From Blepharisma stoltei ATCC 30299 (Eukaryota; Protista; Ciliophora): 64,000 nucleotides of DNA. This document shows positions 38,001 through 50,400 of this stretch, piece after piece. How positions within the stretch are numbered: the stretch's first letter is position 1; each line of letters starts with the position of its first letter. The stretch spans positions 62,001 through 126,000 of the forward strand of contig CBFDEM010000030.1 in assembly GCA_965603825.1 (NCBI GenBank), written 5' to 3'. The notes beneath the pieces are model-generated. The model was not told the origin of the DNA and did not search any database. It saw nothing but the letters and a program-made list of their open reading frames with translations. A program made the translations under genes and the position numbers.

Positions 38001-41000
38001 ATACTTGCAAAAATTCAGGTCCATTTTTGTATTACCCATACATCGAGAACTTCATTATAAGTAATTGCATTTTTGAAGGAAATTCTGGTTCTTCAGCCTC
38101 AGGAGTTTCTCTATTGACTTTATATGCAGGAAATATGCAAATTATTAATTCAACATTTAACAATAACACCAATAGTAGTCCTCAGGGAGCTGGAGCTATA
38201 TGCTTACTCCAAAGTTTACAAAATGTTTATATAGAAAATACGATTATATCCAATAATTCAGCTAATTATAGTTCAGGAATTTATTTTGAAGGAGGTTCAT
38301 TGATGCTAAACAATGTTACTCTAAAATCAAATACAGCTCGAGCAGGGCTTGGATCTGTTTATTTTTCAGTTTTTTCAGGGGCAGATACAAATGCACTAGA
38401 TATAAAAAATTCTGTTTTTGAAGAAAATAAAAGTTTTGATGTAAGAGGAGGCGCAATTTATGTTTCAGGCACAATAGTTTCGCAAGATCCCATAAGCTTA
38501 TCAATTGTAAATAGCAAGTTTTTATCAAATTCAGCCCCAAGTGGTTCAGCAATTTATATAGAAAGCAATACAGTTTTGACAAATAACTCAATTATAGATT
38601 CTTGCATATTTGATTCAAATACAGCCAAAGCTAAAGGAACAATTGTCAATTATTACCAATATGGAATATTAAATATATCGAACTCTTTATTTATTTATAA
38701 TTATGCTGAGCTTGGATCTGCTTTATATTTAGCACCTTCTAAACAATCAGATTCTGACATATCCAAAATTATTTTAACTTCTTGCAATTTTACTAATAAT
38801 TCAGGGAAAAATGTGTTATGTACTGACGATATGGCCATTTATTCTTATATTGAGACTTTTAAATGTATTTTTCAAAAAAATGAAGGACTTGCGATATATC
38901 TTGTTCATGACTATTGGAAAGACACTGAATCAATTATAGCAAACTCAACAATAACTGCAGGAACTGTATATTTAACAGCAAATGCCACAGCTGACTGTGA
39001 ATTAACGACATTTTTGAACAATACTTCAACAAAATACGCAGGGGCCATCAGAGCTGAAGGCAACTCATATTTTCACTGCAGCCACTGCAATTTTTACAAA
39101 AATAGTGCTAAATATGGAGGAGTCCTTTATTTTGACCAATTGTCTTATTTTTCTATTGAATATTCTAATTTTAGTAGCAATTTTTGTAGTGATAAAGGTG
39201 CAGTCATATACATAATTGGATCGGACAAATATAGTGTTTTAAGCTATTCTCGACTATTTCAAAATCACGCAAAATCTGAAGGCTTGATCTATTCACTCAC
39301 ATCAAATATAAAAATCGATAACTGCAGAATATATAATAACACCGCCAACAGAATCACCCCAGGAATTTATTTAACACTTTCAAACGCCACTATTACCAAT
39401 TCTAAGTTCAGAGACCAAGCAGGATACTCTGGAAGTTTTGTATATTTAGCTTCAGATAGTGGATTAGTCGTTACAAATACAAGCTTTAAGAATGGGAATT
39501 CTTCTGAGTCTGGTGGCTCTATTAATGCTCTCTCTAGTTCTGTTAGTTTGGTGAATAGCACATTTATAAACTCCACTTCTGGTGTCGGAAATGCTATAAT
39601 GGCGTTTTCTACTGCTTTAAATATTTCTCAATGCCAGTTTTTAAATACTTATAGCCCAGGCTCTGGAGGAGTTATAAATATTTTTGGGAACAAAATTTTT
39701 ATTGAAAAATCTTTTTTTGAAAATTTTACTTATTCAGCTATTGATGGCAGTGAAATGGAATCTTTGAAAATAATAGGAACTAGCTTTAAAAATAGCCTAG
39801 GAAAAGTAGGTGGAGCCATTAATTCTATAAACAGCGCTTATATTTATATAGATTCCTGCTATTTCAATAACAACACATCTATTTATGGTGGCGCGCTATA
39901 TTCCACTTTTACATCAAACACCATTAATAGCCAAAACTATGAAATAATTTCGACGAAATTTGTAAATAATACATCAACAGCAGGAGGAGCAATTTATCTG
40001 GACAATATAAATGCCAATATAAAATCATGCAATTTTTATGAAAATAAAGCAATTGCGACTTATCAAATATCTGAAACAAGCCATGAGTCAGGGATAGGAG
40101 GAGCTATTAAATTAGGGTGCAGCTATCAAGGAATTTGTGAGTATAATGTGTTTTCTAATGATTTTGTTGAGAACTCAGCAGAATATGAAGGAGGAGCTGC
40201 TGTTTGAAAAGAAGTAATGCCAAAATTCCAAAGCAATTCTTTTGAAAACAATAAAGCAGAATATGGAGAAAATATAGCGTCTTTTCCTGTGAGCATGAAA
40301 ATTATGAATTCTAATTGGACAGGCGAACTAAAGGATTTGGCATCTGGGCAGCTAACAACCACACCATTGATTATTGGTATAATTGATCATTTAGGCTCAG
40401 TTGTAACCACAGACGATTCTAGTGTAGGCGAGCTAATATCCTCATCACAAGATGTAGTTTTATCAGGCGAAAGCAAAGTTAAAGCAGCCAGTGGAATTTT
40501 TACTTTTTCCTCGTTTATAATTTCTGCTGAGCCCGGAAGCAATTTTTCTATAGAAATTCAAACAAATGGTATTGATGTTACAAAAAGCATTAAGGCAAAT
40601 GATGGCCTTAATTATAACTCAAGTATACTTGTAAACGTAACTTTAAGAGATTGTGTATTGGGAGAAGCCACAGTTGGTGTTAACTGTGTGGTTTGTCCTA
40701 AAGATTTTTACAGCTTAAACCCTAGAGGCGAACAATGTTTGGCTTGCCCTGATGAGGCTATATGTTATGGAAATTATACAATGGTCCCGAAGCCTGGATA
40801 CTGAAGATCTGATATGCTTAGTACAAGGTTTTGGCATTGTCCTTATTCAGAAGCTTGCATTGGCTCTGATTTACAAAATATTTCATATTCAGGAAAATGC
40901 CTTGAAGGGTACACTGGAAATTTATGCCAGAGTTGTAAAGAAGGTTATTCTAAAATAATGAAAAACCAATGCGCCAAATGTCAAAGTCTATATATACTTA

Positions 41001-42562
41001 TTATAAAAACATCAGGGATTGGGCTTGGATTTCTAGCTCTTTGCTGACTAATGGTTAAAATGTCGAAAAATTCTGCTTACAAGCCTAAATCTCTCTCAAG
41101 TATTTATATAAAAATATTCATCAATTATATCCAGCTTATAGCATTAACCACGACTTTCAGCCTATCCTGACCAAGCTACGTAAAACAATTATTTTCAGTT
41201 CAAAATAATGCAAGCTTTATAAGTGACCAAATTTTTTCTTTTGACTGTTTGCTATATTACAACGAAGACTTAAAAGGAGACAAAACCATTATTTTTTATC
41301 AAAAATTGGTTGTTATGGCTCTTTTGCCGATTTCTATTCCGATAGCTTCAGCTATTTGTTGATCTTTGATATCTTTATGTAAAAGAACTTTTGCTTTGTT
41401 TATGAAGAATATTGTGACAACTTCAATTATCGTCGCATTTTTAGTCCATCCAAGCCTAATAAAATATTATTTTAGCTCTTTTGATTGCACAACTCTTGAC
41501 TATGGCGAGGTTTGGCTTGTTGATGATCTAAGCTTGAAATGTTGGGATAAGCAGCATGTGTATTATACAACAGCTGTTTCTTTGCCAGCTATTATTTTAT
41601 GGGGAATTGGGATACCTACTACTTGTTTGTTTCTGATAATAAAAAATAAAGAAAAGCTCAGTGATATAAGTGTCAGAATCAAATATGGATTTCTTTTCAA
41701 TGGGTATAAATCTAGAAGCTATTATTGGGAGTTTGTAATTATTTATAGAAAAATAATGATTATTTGCTGCTCTGTGTTTCTAGCAACGGTTTCAGTCAAC
41801 ATACAAGCTTTAACAACTCTTTTCATATTAGTAGCTTGTCTATATTTTCAATGTAAAATAAAACCCTATAATGGAGATGATTTAAACAGACTTGAAGCCA
41901 TTTCTATTTCAGCCTCAGCAATCACAATTTATTGTGGAATGTATTATTTAACTGGATCTCTTGACCAATTCACTGAACTCCTATTTTTCATAGCCATTAT
42001 TTCAGCAAATTCGTATTTTGTGATTTATTGGGGTTTTAAAGCTGGAAATGCCTATGTCACCATAATAATTGAAAAAATCCCATTTTTAAAGAAAAAATTC
42101 CAGACCGAAAGCTACCACATCATGAGTGGTGTTTCCTTTCAAAATAATAACAATACAAGCAGAATTAGAGACTCTTCACGTGAACTGATCTTAAATTCTT
42201 CGCGAAAGGAAAATCTAAACCCCCAAGGGATTACTTTTAAAGATATTAATATGATGCATTTATTTTTAGGAAATTTAAAAGGAGGGCTTATTATAAGACA
42301 TGAGCAGATTAATTTCCATGAGCAAGAAATTGAAAGGAGAAGCATCGGGGAAAATGATATTGAAGGGATATATTTAGAAGAGAATAGTTCTGAAGAAAGC
42401 CACGTTGAAGCAAGCCATCCTAAAGGTAACAATAATGAAGATAGCAGCGCTGAAGAAATGAAAGAGGAAGAAGAAAAAATTGATGTAGACCAAATTGCCA
42501 TGCTGGATCCATATTTATCGAATGCACCAAGTGAGTTCTCGTTAGTTGTAAATGATCTTTAA
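35057..42562 (+). CDS. LNR-repeat / beta-helix / multi-TM receptor-like protein, copy 4, ~2491 aa
   Basis: ATG 35057, introns 35150-35164 and 35394-35408. All fragments share one frame to TAA 42560-42562. Confidence 0.9.
35150..35164 (+). other. 15-nt intron 1 of receptor copy 4 (GTAACTATTACTTAG)
   Basis: Conserved position, ends in an in-frame TAG. Confidence 0.9.
35394..35408 (+). other. 15-nt intron 2 of receptor copy 4 (GTAATTTTTATTTAG)
   Basis: Conserved position, A10, no stop codon. Confidence 0.85.
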
Positions 42563-42732
42563 ATTAAATAAAAATTATAAAAAAAATCGCTAGATTTTAT
42601 TAATGGTATAAAAAAATTTATCATCTTTATAATATAAAGCAAGATAACTAAGATTATTTAAATATAAATGATTTTCAAAAAAAAATCAATCGCAGCTTGA
42701 TCTTCTTAACACAAATTACTATGAATTTACGA

Positions 42733-43227
42733 TTATCTAGGATAACTCATTTTATCTTTTTTCTTCGATTTTTTCGTTCTAGCATTAATTTCTGCACGAA
42801 CGTTTTCGAAAACTTCTTTTTTGGACACTTTAGCCTTACCTTTTTGTTGGCTTTGCTTGCTATTTTCTTCATGTATCTCTGCTTCTGTTTTTCCCTTCTC
42901 TTGTGGCTGCAATCCAAATTCTTGCAAAATTGACTCAAGCTCATCAAGTTCTTTCTTCTGAACTTCTTTCTTAGAAGCAGTTGTACCATCAGCTCTTAAA
43001 TTTTTTGCCTCAGTTTTTTGCTCTATAACTATTTTGGTCGTCAGATTTGGGTCAATTTCTTCTTCTTTTTCTTTTGGCTTGGATCTTTTTTTCTTTTTTT
43101 GCTTTGGAGCTTTAGCTTCTTCCACAGTAGGAAGAGAAGTAATAATTTTTTCGGTTTCGACCTTTTCTTCCTCTTCTTCGTCTTCGGAGTCTGACATTAC
43201 CCATCTATTTTTAGGCTGAGCTTCCAT
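42733..43227 (-). CDS. Uncharacterised K/E-rich protein, 164 aa
   Basis: Clean ATG-to-TAA ORF with acidic and basic blocks and a helical motif SKKEVQKKELDELESILQEFGL. Confidence 0.8.
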   Translation of the reverse strand: MEAQPKNRWVMSDSEDEEEEEKVETEKIITSLPTVEEAKAPKQKKKKRSKPKEKEEEIDPNLTTKIVIEQKTEAKNLRADGTTASKKEVQKKELDELESILQEFGLQPQEKGKTEAEIHEENSKQSQQKGKAKVSKKEVFENVRAEINARTKKSKKKDKMSYPR

Positions 43228-43314
43228 ATTGAAAGAGTTTATAAATTTAGCATAATAATTGAAACAAGCCTTAATCTACCTGTGTGCGGGTCAATTATTT
43301 TTATCAATATGTAT

Positions 43315-45603
43315 TTATTCATCTTCATGTCTTCTTCGCCAATGGTCTTGGAGCAATTCCTGGTTCGGGAATTTTCTTCCACATCCTGGGTAAGAACAAG
43401 GAATAAACGGCTTTGGCATCATTTCTTGCAGCGGCTCCAGCATGCTCTGCAAGTCTTGCAGCTCCTCTCCATTCGCAATTAATTGATCACAAGCCATTTT
43501 CAGCTCTCTGATTATTCCAGCTATTCTTTTTACGTTATCTTCTCCAGCCACACTTTCTCAAGGCACCATCCCTCTTGAAACCACACACAAATTATTTAAA
43601 ATCATGCAAATCTGAGTAGAAAATTCTGGCTCTGATAAAGCCATAGCTTCTAGCTGCATCCCAGCTTTTTCAAAAAACGCTTCAGAGTATAATAGTTGTT
43701 TGGCAACTGAAGAAATATTAATGAGAGAGCCTAAGGTGTAGTAAACTACATTATCATCAGAATGGTCCATTAAGAGCATTAAAATATCAATTATTTGCAG
43801 ATTATTCAGCTCTTTACAGACAGATTCGTGCCTAGTTAAATTCCCTAATGCTCTGACAGCCTCAAGGGTTATTTCTGCATTTAGAGTTTGCACCATCAAA
43901 GGGGCAACCTTAGAGAGAATAAGTGTACGTGTATCTTCAGAAATAAAGGGAGACTGAGGCTGGTCATAAAATAGCAAATTTGTAGCACAAGCGATTGTAT
44001 TGAGAATAAGCTCTTCATGGTCTGTATAATTATAAGAATTTAATATAGTAAATAAGCATTTTCCGATGTTATCTGCTTGTGTAAGGTCTTTTCCAGCATC
44101 TTTATCAGTGATAATATTAGCTATTAGCCTTACACCTTTGACTAATGAGTCTATACAATCTGGCCTCATATCACCAAGATTCTTTTGTATTGCAATTTCT
44201 AGTATCAAATTAATACTATATGCTATTACTTTTCTGGCTTTTTCGAAATTTGTTACTATATTTGCTAACACAAAGCAGCCTCTTATTATAATTGGCAAAT
44301 TTTCTCTGTATTTTTCTATGGCTTTTACAATAGTTACTAAATTTTCATCATTTTCTTGCAAAATGCTACACACTTTTTGCTGAACTGATAATTTGCTGAG
44401 CGCCCTTAACGAATTTGATATTAATTCTTGAGAATTTATATGAATTTGCATTATTTTCGCAATTTTTTCAATTACGTGGAATAGCAAAATATTTTGGTAG
44501 CTTGTTTTTTCTAATGCTAAATTTCTTAAAATCCCTGTAATTTGTATTAACAAATGGACTTGTTTAGGGTTGCTATATAAATTTTACTCTGGAATATCAT
44601 CATCTAGATACAGACAAGGCAGCATTGACGCTAAAGGCGCAATAAAATTAATTTTCCCAGCCAATTCTTGGATTTTGGCATTAGAGGTCAGATTTTTAAC
44701 AATCCCAAGCACAAAAAGCATGATATCGTGTGGGACGCTGTCTTCATTAGAAACCACTTTTGTAACCGCTGCATGGAGTGTATTTAGCAAGCCTTCCTCC
44801 ACAAAAATTGCATCATTTTGGTTATTTTTAGAATATTGATAAAGCAATTTAACAGCAGCAGTTGCTATGGAAGTCCCTACTAGCCCGCTTTCTTTTTTTT
44901 TGTACAATAAATCGTGGTCAACTAAATTTTGCAATAAGCACCTTTCAAGCTTTAGAAGTTTCCTGATTTCATTCTCAAATCTTTCTAAAGCAAGCCCTAA
45001 AAGCTTTAAAATTACTTGTGGCTGGGCTCATTTAGGCTTTTTGGTAGCAAAGCGGAGGGAGTTTAAAGACTCAGTGATTCTTACAGTTAAAGCTTCAATG
45101 TCATCATTTTCATATAAAGTTCGGACTTCTGGGTGCTGATGCATTTTTTCAAGAATGCTTGTAATTTCTTTTATTTCGCTTAATAAGTCGCTCTTTTCTT
45201 CTTTATTTTCTTCATAAATTTCTTTTAGATCTGGCCTCTCGTCAAGCAGATGTTTCATATTTGTCTCGTCAACATTAAAAGTGTCTTCTTGAATTGTTTT
45301 CACAGGCTCCCTCGTGCTTTTTTTAGACCCGCCACTTGAAATGTTTCTCCTTGTAGGCTGTGGGAGTGGCTCATAGTTATTTTGTCTTGCAGTTCTTTTT
45401 GGAGCAATATCGGCAGCCATAGCTTTCAAAGAATAGCTTGAGTTTGGTCTTGATGTCCCATCATTAGTAAAAAGAGTTCTAACTGACTCAGCAGGGGTAT
45501 AAGGCCTTGAAGGGTCTTTTAATGAAGCTCTTGCTGTTTGGATTATATTGGAAATTGTTGATTTTTCTAGGTGGGCTGTAAGGCTGTCTTTAGGTTTACT
45601 CAT
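43315..45603 (-). CDS. ARMC2: Armadillo repeat-containing protein 2 homolog with a C-terminal C2H2-like finger, ~757 aa, 1 tiny intron
   Basis: Motifs IIQTARASLKDPSRPYTP, KLLYQYSKNNQNDAIF, LLIQITGILRNL, RALSKLS, EELILN...TNLLFY and EAVRALGNLTR. Four fragments are in one frame, joined by TGA and intron 44573-44587. An upstream in-frame ATG at 45645 is possible. Confidence 0.85.
44573..44587 (-). other. 15-nt intron GTAAAATTTATATAG
   Basis: A10; removes an in-frame TAA at 44584-44586. Confidence 0.9.
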
Positions 45604-45684
45604 ATAATTAATTAAAGATGGGAATTTAAGATTTATTGAAAACATTGACGAAATCTATAGAAAATTATTTTTTTGTATAGGAAA

Positions 45685-47098
45685 TTATTCCTCTATCACA
45701 ATTAAAACTTCTTTTTCATTTTCTTTTCTTGTTTCTTTTAAATAGAGAGAGCATGCTGCTGAAACCAGAAAAAATAGCCCAAATAGGACTAATGATATTT
45801 CTTGGCCGTTTTTCCAGTCAAGAATTACACCTCCTATAAAAGGTGCAGAAACAGACCCAACCCGAGAAGCTGCAAAGAATAGACCTTGAGCTGTATTTCT
45901 GACCTCAGTTGGGTAGCTTTCTGCTGCTATTAAAAATAAAGCAGCGTATGTAAGGAATCCAATACCAAACATAATAGAAGTGGCGATAATAATCTATATA
46001 AAATATACAAGAATTGTTTCTGTTATAAAAGCAAAGAAAATAATGGTTACACAAGAAATAATTTGGCCAATAATCATTGTGTATTTTCTTCCTAATTTTG
46101 AATTGACACAAAAAGGAGCTACATATAGGCAGGGGATCCCAGCCATGTTTTGAATAGCAATTATAATTCACCTAGGAATAATTGAAAACTGCTTAAGATA
46201 TGTTGGCATAAATAAAACTATACTAAATGTCCCAAAAAGCATAGCAAAATATATGACTAATAGCAGTAATGTAGTTTTAATATATTCCTTGGAAAATATT
46301 TTTTTTATCCTGCTCTGTGTTTTATGATCAGCTACATTTACACTAACTTCTTCTTCGTTTTGCAAATTTATTTGTATCAATTCATCAGTATTCCCATTTA
46401 TTCTTTTCACTTTATTCAAAATTTCTTCAGCTTTACTAGTGTGTCTATGAACAATTAAATACCCAGGAGACTCGTCCATATCAATTTTTAGAATTCAAGT
46501 GACTAAACAGTGAAAAAATAGGATAATTGACATAAATTTCCAATTGTGAATATTTGGAGTGTCAATAAACTCTATTCAAATTGCAAGTAGGCAGAAAATA
46601 ACCCCGCCTATAGGAAATCCTAAATTTAGCCTTGTCATTTTGTTCAATTTTTGTGTAGGGCAAAATTCTTTAAAAATTACCAAAGGAACAACCATTTCGC
46701 CAATCCCTCCAATCCCAATCAGAAATAAAGCAGTCAAAATTGTGATATAATTTGTTGAGAAAATAACAATAAAGCAAGAAATCATTAAAAATAAAGAAGA
46801 TCGTTTCAATGTGTAAGAACGACCTTTGTGATCTGAAGAAATACCTAGTAAATAAGAGCCCATAAAGCAGCCCAGCTGGAACATTGTTCCCATCAAGCCT
46901 TTTTCTTTATTTGAAATTCCCCATTCTTTTTCAAGGTCAGACCCATAATATCCTATTGACATAGTGAGATATTGAAAATTCATGTATGACTGATATTAAA
47001 ATTACCAAAAAACACTGCTTAAAAACATAGCTTTGGTATTTCCCCCAGCCTATTTTGTCGAGATAATGTGTAGCTAAGTGAGCCAGAGTTTCAGCCAT
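45685..47098 (-). CDS. MFS transporter (SV2/organic-cation type), ~460 aa, paralog B, 2 tiny introns
   Basis: Motifs LDKIGWGKYQ, SDHKGRS, DESPGYL and AESYPTEVRNTAQG...SRVG. Introns 46990-47005 and 45994-46008 are at the same positions as in paralog A. Confidence 0.88.
45994..46008 (-). other. 15-nt intron GTATATTTTATATAG
   Basis: A10, ends in an in-frame TAG, position shared with paralog A. Confidence 0.9.
46990..47005 (-). other. 16-nt intron GTAATTTTAATATCAG
   Basis: Falls after codon 31 and is needed to reach the frame of ORF 46576-46983. Its homolog in paralog A is 15 nt. Confidence 0.88.
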
Positions 47099-47457
47099 TT
47101 ATTTTATAAATAATTATGAGATAAGGAAGGAGAATTGCAGTCAGACTATAATCAATATTGATTTTTTAAAAATATTTAATTTATTTATTTTATATCTGAA
47201 AATCTATTATTGATTATTCATCAATTAAAAATTATTAAGTTTGAATAATAAAAACTTATTTTAAAACATAAAATAAGAGGTAGTAGAAAAGCTCTTTTCT
47301 ATATCGTTTATATTAAAATAATTGGTATTTCATTTATATAATTTAAGAAAAATCATTGAAAACCTCAATATATTTGAGATTTTATGATATCATTAAATAT
47401 GGATAAATAATCACTATATAGCTAATCAAAGGATGTGCAATAAATTTAGAAATAGTA

Positions 47458-50400
47458 TTATAAGTCTTGGGCAAACTCAGTTCATTCGCATGGTGCGCTT
47501 TTTGAAACTATTTTATCTGATAAAATAATTATTTGATCCATGCTAATTTTATCGTCATCCTTCTGCTCTTCCTCTATATCAAACTTTTCTTGATTTATTA
47601 CATCTCTGCTGGTGTAGCCTCCCCTTAATTTTCCTAAAAATAAATCCATCATTGCAATTTCTCTGAAATCTATGGTATTTGGGGAATTTTCTGGGTCATT
47701 TCCTTCAATTGTTTTCTTTCCTTTTTCTTCTCTTAAGCTTAAATCATTTACTCTACTATAGTCTTTAACCCGATATCTTTTCTTTAAAAATGATATTTTA
47801 GCAATTATAATATGAATATAGGCATTTCCCGCTTTATATCCCCAGTACAGCACAAAATATAAATTTGCGGAAATTATGATAATGAAAAACAGGAGCTCTG
47901 TGATTTGGTCAAGAGATCCAGTTAAATAATACATCCCACAATAAATCGTAACTGCTGAAGCCGAAATAGATATTGCTTCAAGCCTATTCAGATCATCTCC
48001 ATTATAAGGCTTTATTTTGCAATGAAAATACAAGCAAGCTAACAACAAAAAAATCACAGTAAGGGCTTGGATATTGACTGAAACTGTTGCTAAAAATACA
48101 GAACAACAAATAATTCCAATTTTTCTGTAAATAATCACAAATTCCCAATAATAGCTTTCTTGCCTGTATCCATTAAACAGAAATCCATATTTAATCCTCA
48201 TATTAATATTGCCCAATTGACTTCTATTTTTTATTAGCAAAAATAAGAAAGCAGTTGGTATTCCAATTCCCCATACAAGAATTGCAGGCAGAGATATAGC
48301 TGTTATATAAAAAATATGCTGGCTATCCCAACATCGTAAATTTAATTCATTTACCAGTCAATACTTATTGTCATCAAGCTCTGTGCAGTCAAAAGAACTA
48401 AAATAATACTTGATTAAGCCTGGATGGACTAAAAATGACGCAATAATTGAAGTTGTGATTATATTATCTCGGAAAAACGCAAAAGACTTTTGAGCTAATG
48501 ATATGGAAAGCCAATAAATAACAGAAATAAGAGGGATAGAAATAGGCAAAATGGCCATAATTAGCAATTTTTGATAATAAATTTTGCTTTCTCCTTGTAA
48601 AAGTTTATTATAATATAAGAGGCAGTCAAATGAAAAAATCTGGTCACTAATGAAATTTGCATTGCTTTGGATAGAAAATAATTTTTTTACATAGTTTGGC
48701 CAGGAAAGGCTAAAAGTGGTTGTTAATGATATTAACTGGGCGTAATTGATAAGAATTTTGATATAAATGCTTGATAATGATCTTGGTTTATATGCAGAAA
48801 TTCGTGAAGTTCTTATTATGAACCAGCATAGAACAAGAAATCCAAAGCTGATTCCAGATGTTTTTATAATAATTACAGTAAGGCTTTGACATTTTGAGCA
48901 CTGATTTTTTGATTGGCGTGAATATCCTGAAGCGCAACTTTGACATAAATTTCCAGTATATCCTTTTAAGCAATTTCCTGTATAAGAAATATTTTGCGAA
49001 TCAGAGCCAATGCAGGCTTCTGAGTTAGGACAAGACCAAAATCTTTTGCTTAGCATATTAAATCTTCAATATCCTGGCTTAGGAACCATCGTATAATTTC
49101 CATAGCAAATAGCCTGATCAGGGCAAGAAAGGCACTGATCATTATCTGGGTTTAAACTGTAAAAATCTTTAGGACAAACCACACAGTTATTACCAACTGT
49201 AGCTTCTCCTAGCACACAATTTCTTAAAGTGACATCTAAAAATATACTTGAGTTATAAGTCAGTCCGTCTCCAGCTTTTGCACTTTTTAAAGCATCAATA
49301 CCATTTGTTTGGACTTCTATTGAAAAATTGCTGCCAGGCTTTGCTGAAATTGCAAATGAAGAAAAATTGAAAATTCCACTTACTGCTGCGACTTTAAGCT
49401 CACCTGATAAAACTACATCTTTTGATAAAGCTATTATTTCTCCAACGCTAGAGTCATCTGTGGAAACAACTGAGCCTAAGTGATCGATGAGAGCTACAAT
49501 TAAAGGGGTAGTTGTTGTCTGTCCTGAGGCTAAATCTTTTAGTTCACCGTTTCAATTATTATTGATTATTTTCATGGTTACAGGATAAGAAGCTATATTT
49601 TCGCCATATTCTGCTTCATTACTTGTAAATGTATTGTTTTTGAAAATTGGCATGACTTCTCTTCAAACTATAGCCCCTCCTTCATACTCTGCTTGGTTTT
49701 TCACAAAATTATTATCAGCCACGCTAAAACTGCATTCTCCAGAATAGCTGCATCCTAGTTTCATAGCCCCTCCTATTCCTGACTCATAGCTTTTTTCAGA
49801 TGTTTGAGAAGTCGCTATGGCTTGATTTTGATAAAAATTGCACAATTTTATATCAGCATTTATATTATCCAGATAAATTGCTCCTCCAGCAGATGATGTA
49901 TTATTTGCAAACTCAGTCGAAATTATTTTATAAGTTTGGCTGCTAATGGTATTATCTGTAAATGTAAAATACAGAGCTCCTCCATAAATAGATGTGTTAT
50001 TATTGAAATTGCAGGAATTGATATAAACATAATCAGTGCTTGAGCAAGAAATAGCTCCTCCTATATTTCCTTGGCTATTTTTAAAGCTTGTGCCTATTAC
50101 TTCTAAAGAAACTACTTTTAGTCCATTAATAGCTGAGTAAGTAAAATTTTCAAAAAATGAATTTTCAATATACGCATTTCCTCCGTATAAATTTATTACA
50201 GAATCTGCGCCTGAGCTGTAAGTATTCAAAAATTTGCATCCAGACACATCTAAAACTGAGGAAAATGCTAATAGTGCATTGCCAAAACTAGCAGTTGAGT
50301 TTAGAAAGGAGCAGCCAGTCAGATTTGTAAAGCTAGACAGAAGAAATATTGATCCGCCTGATGATGAAGATTTTCCATTGATAAATTCTGTATTTTCTGC

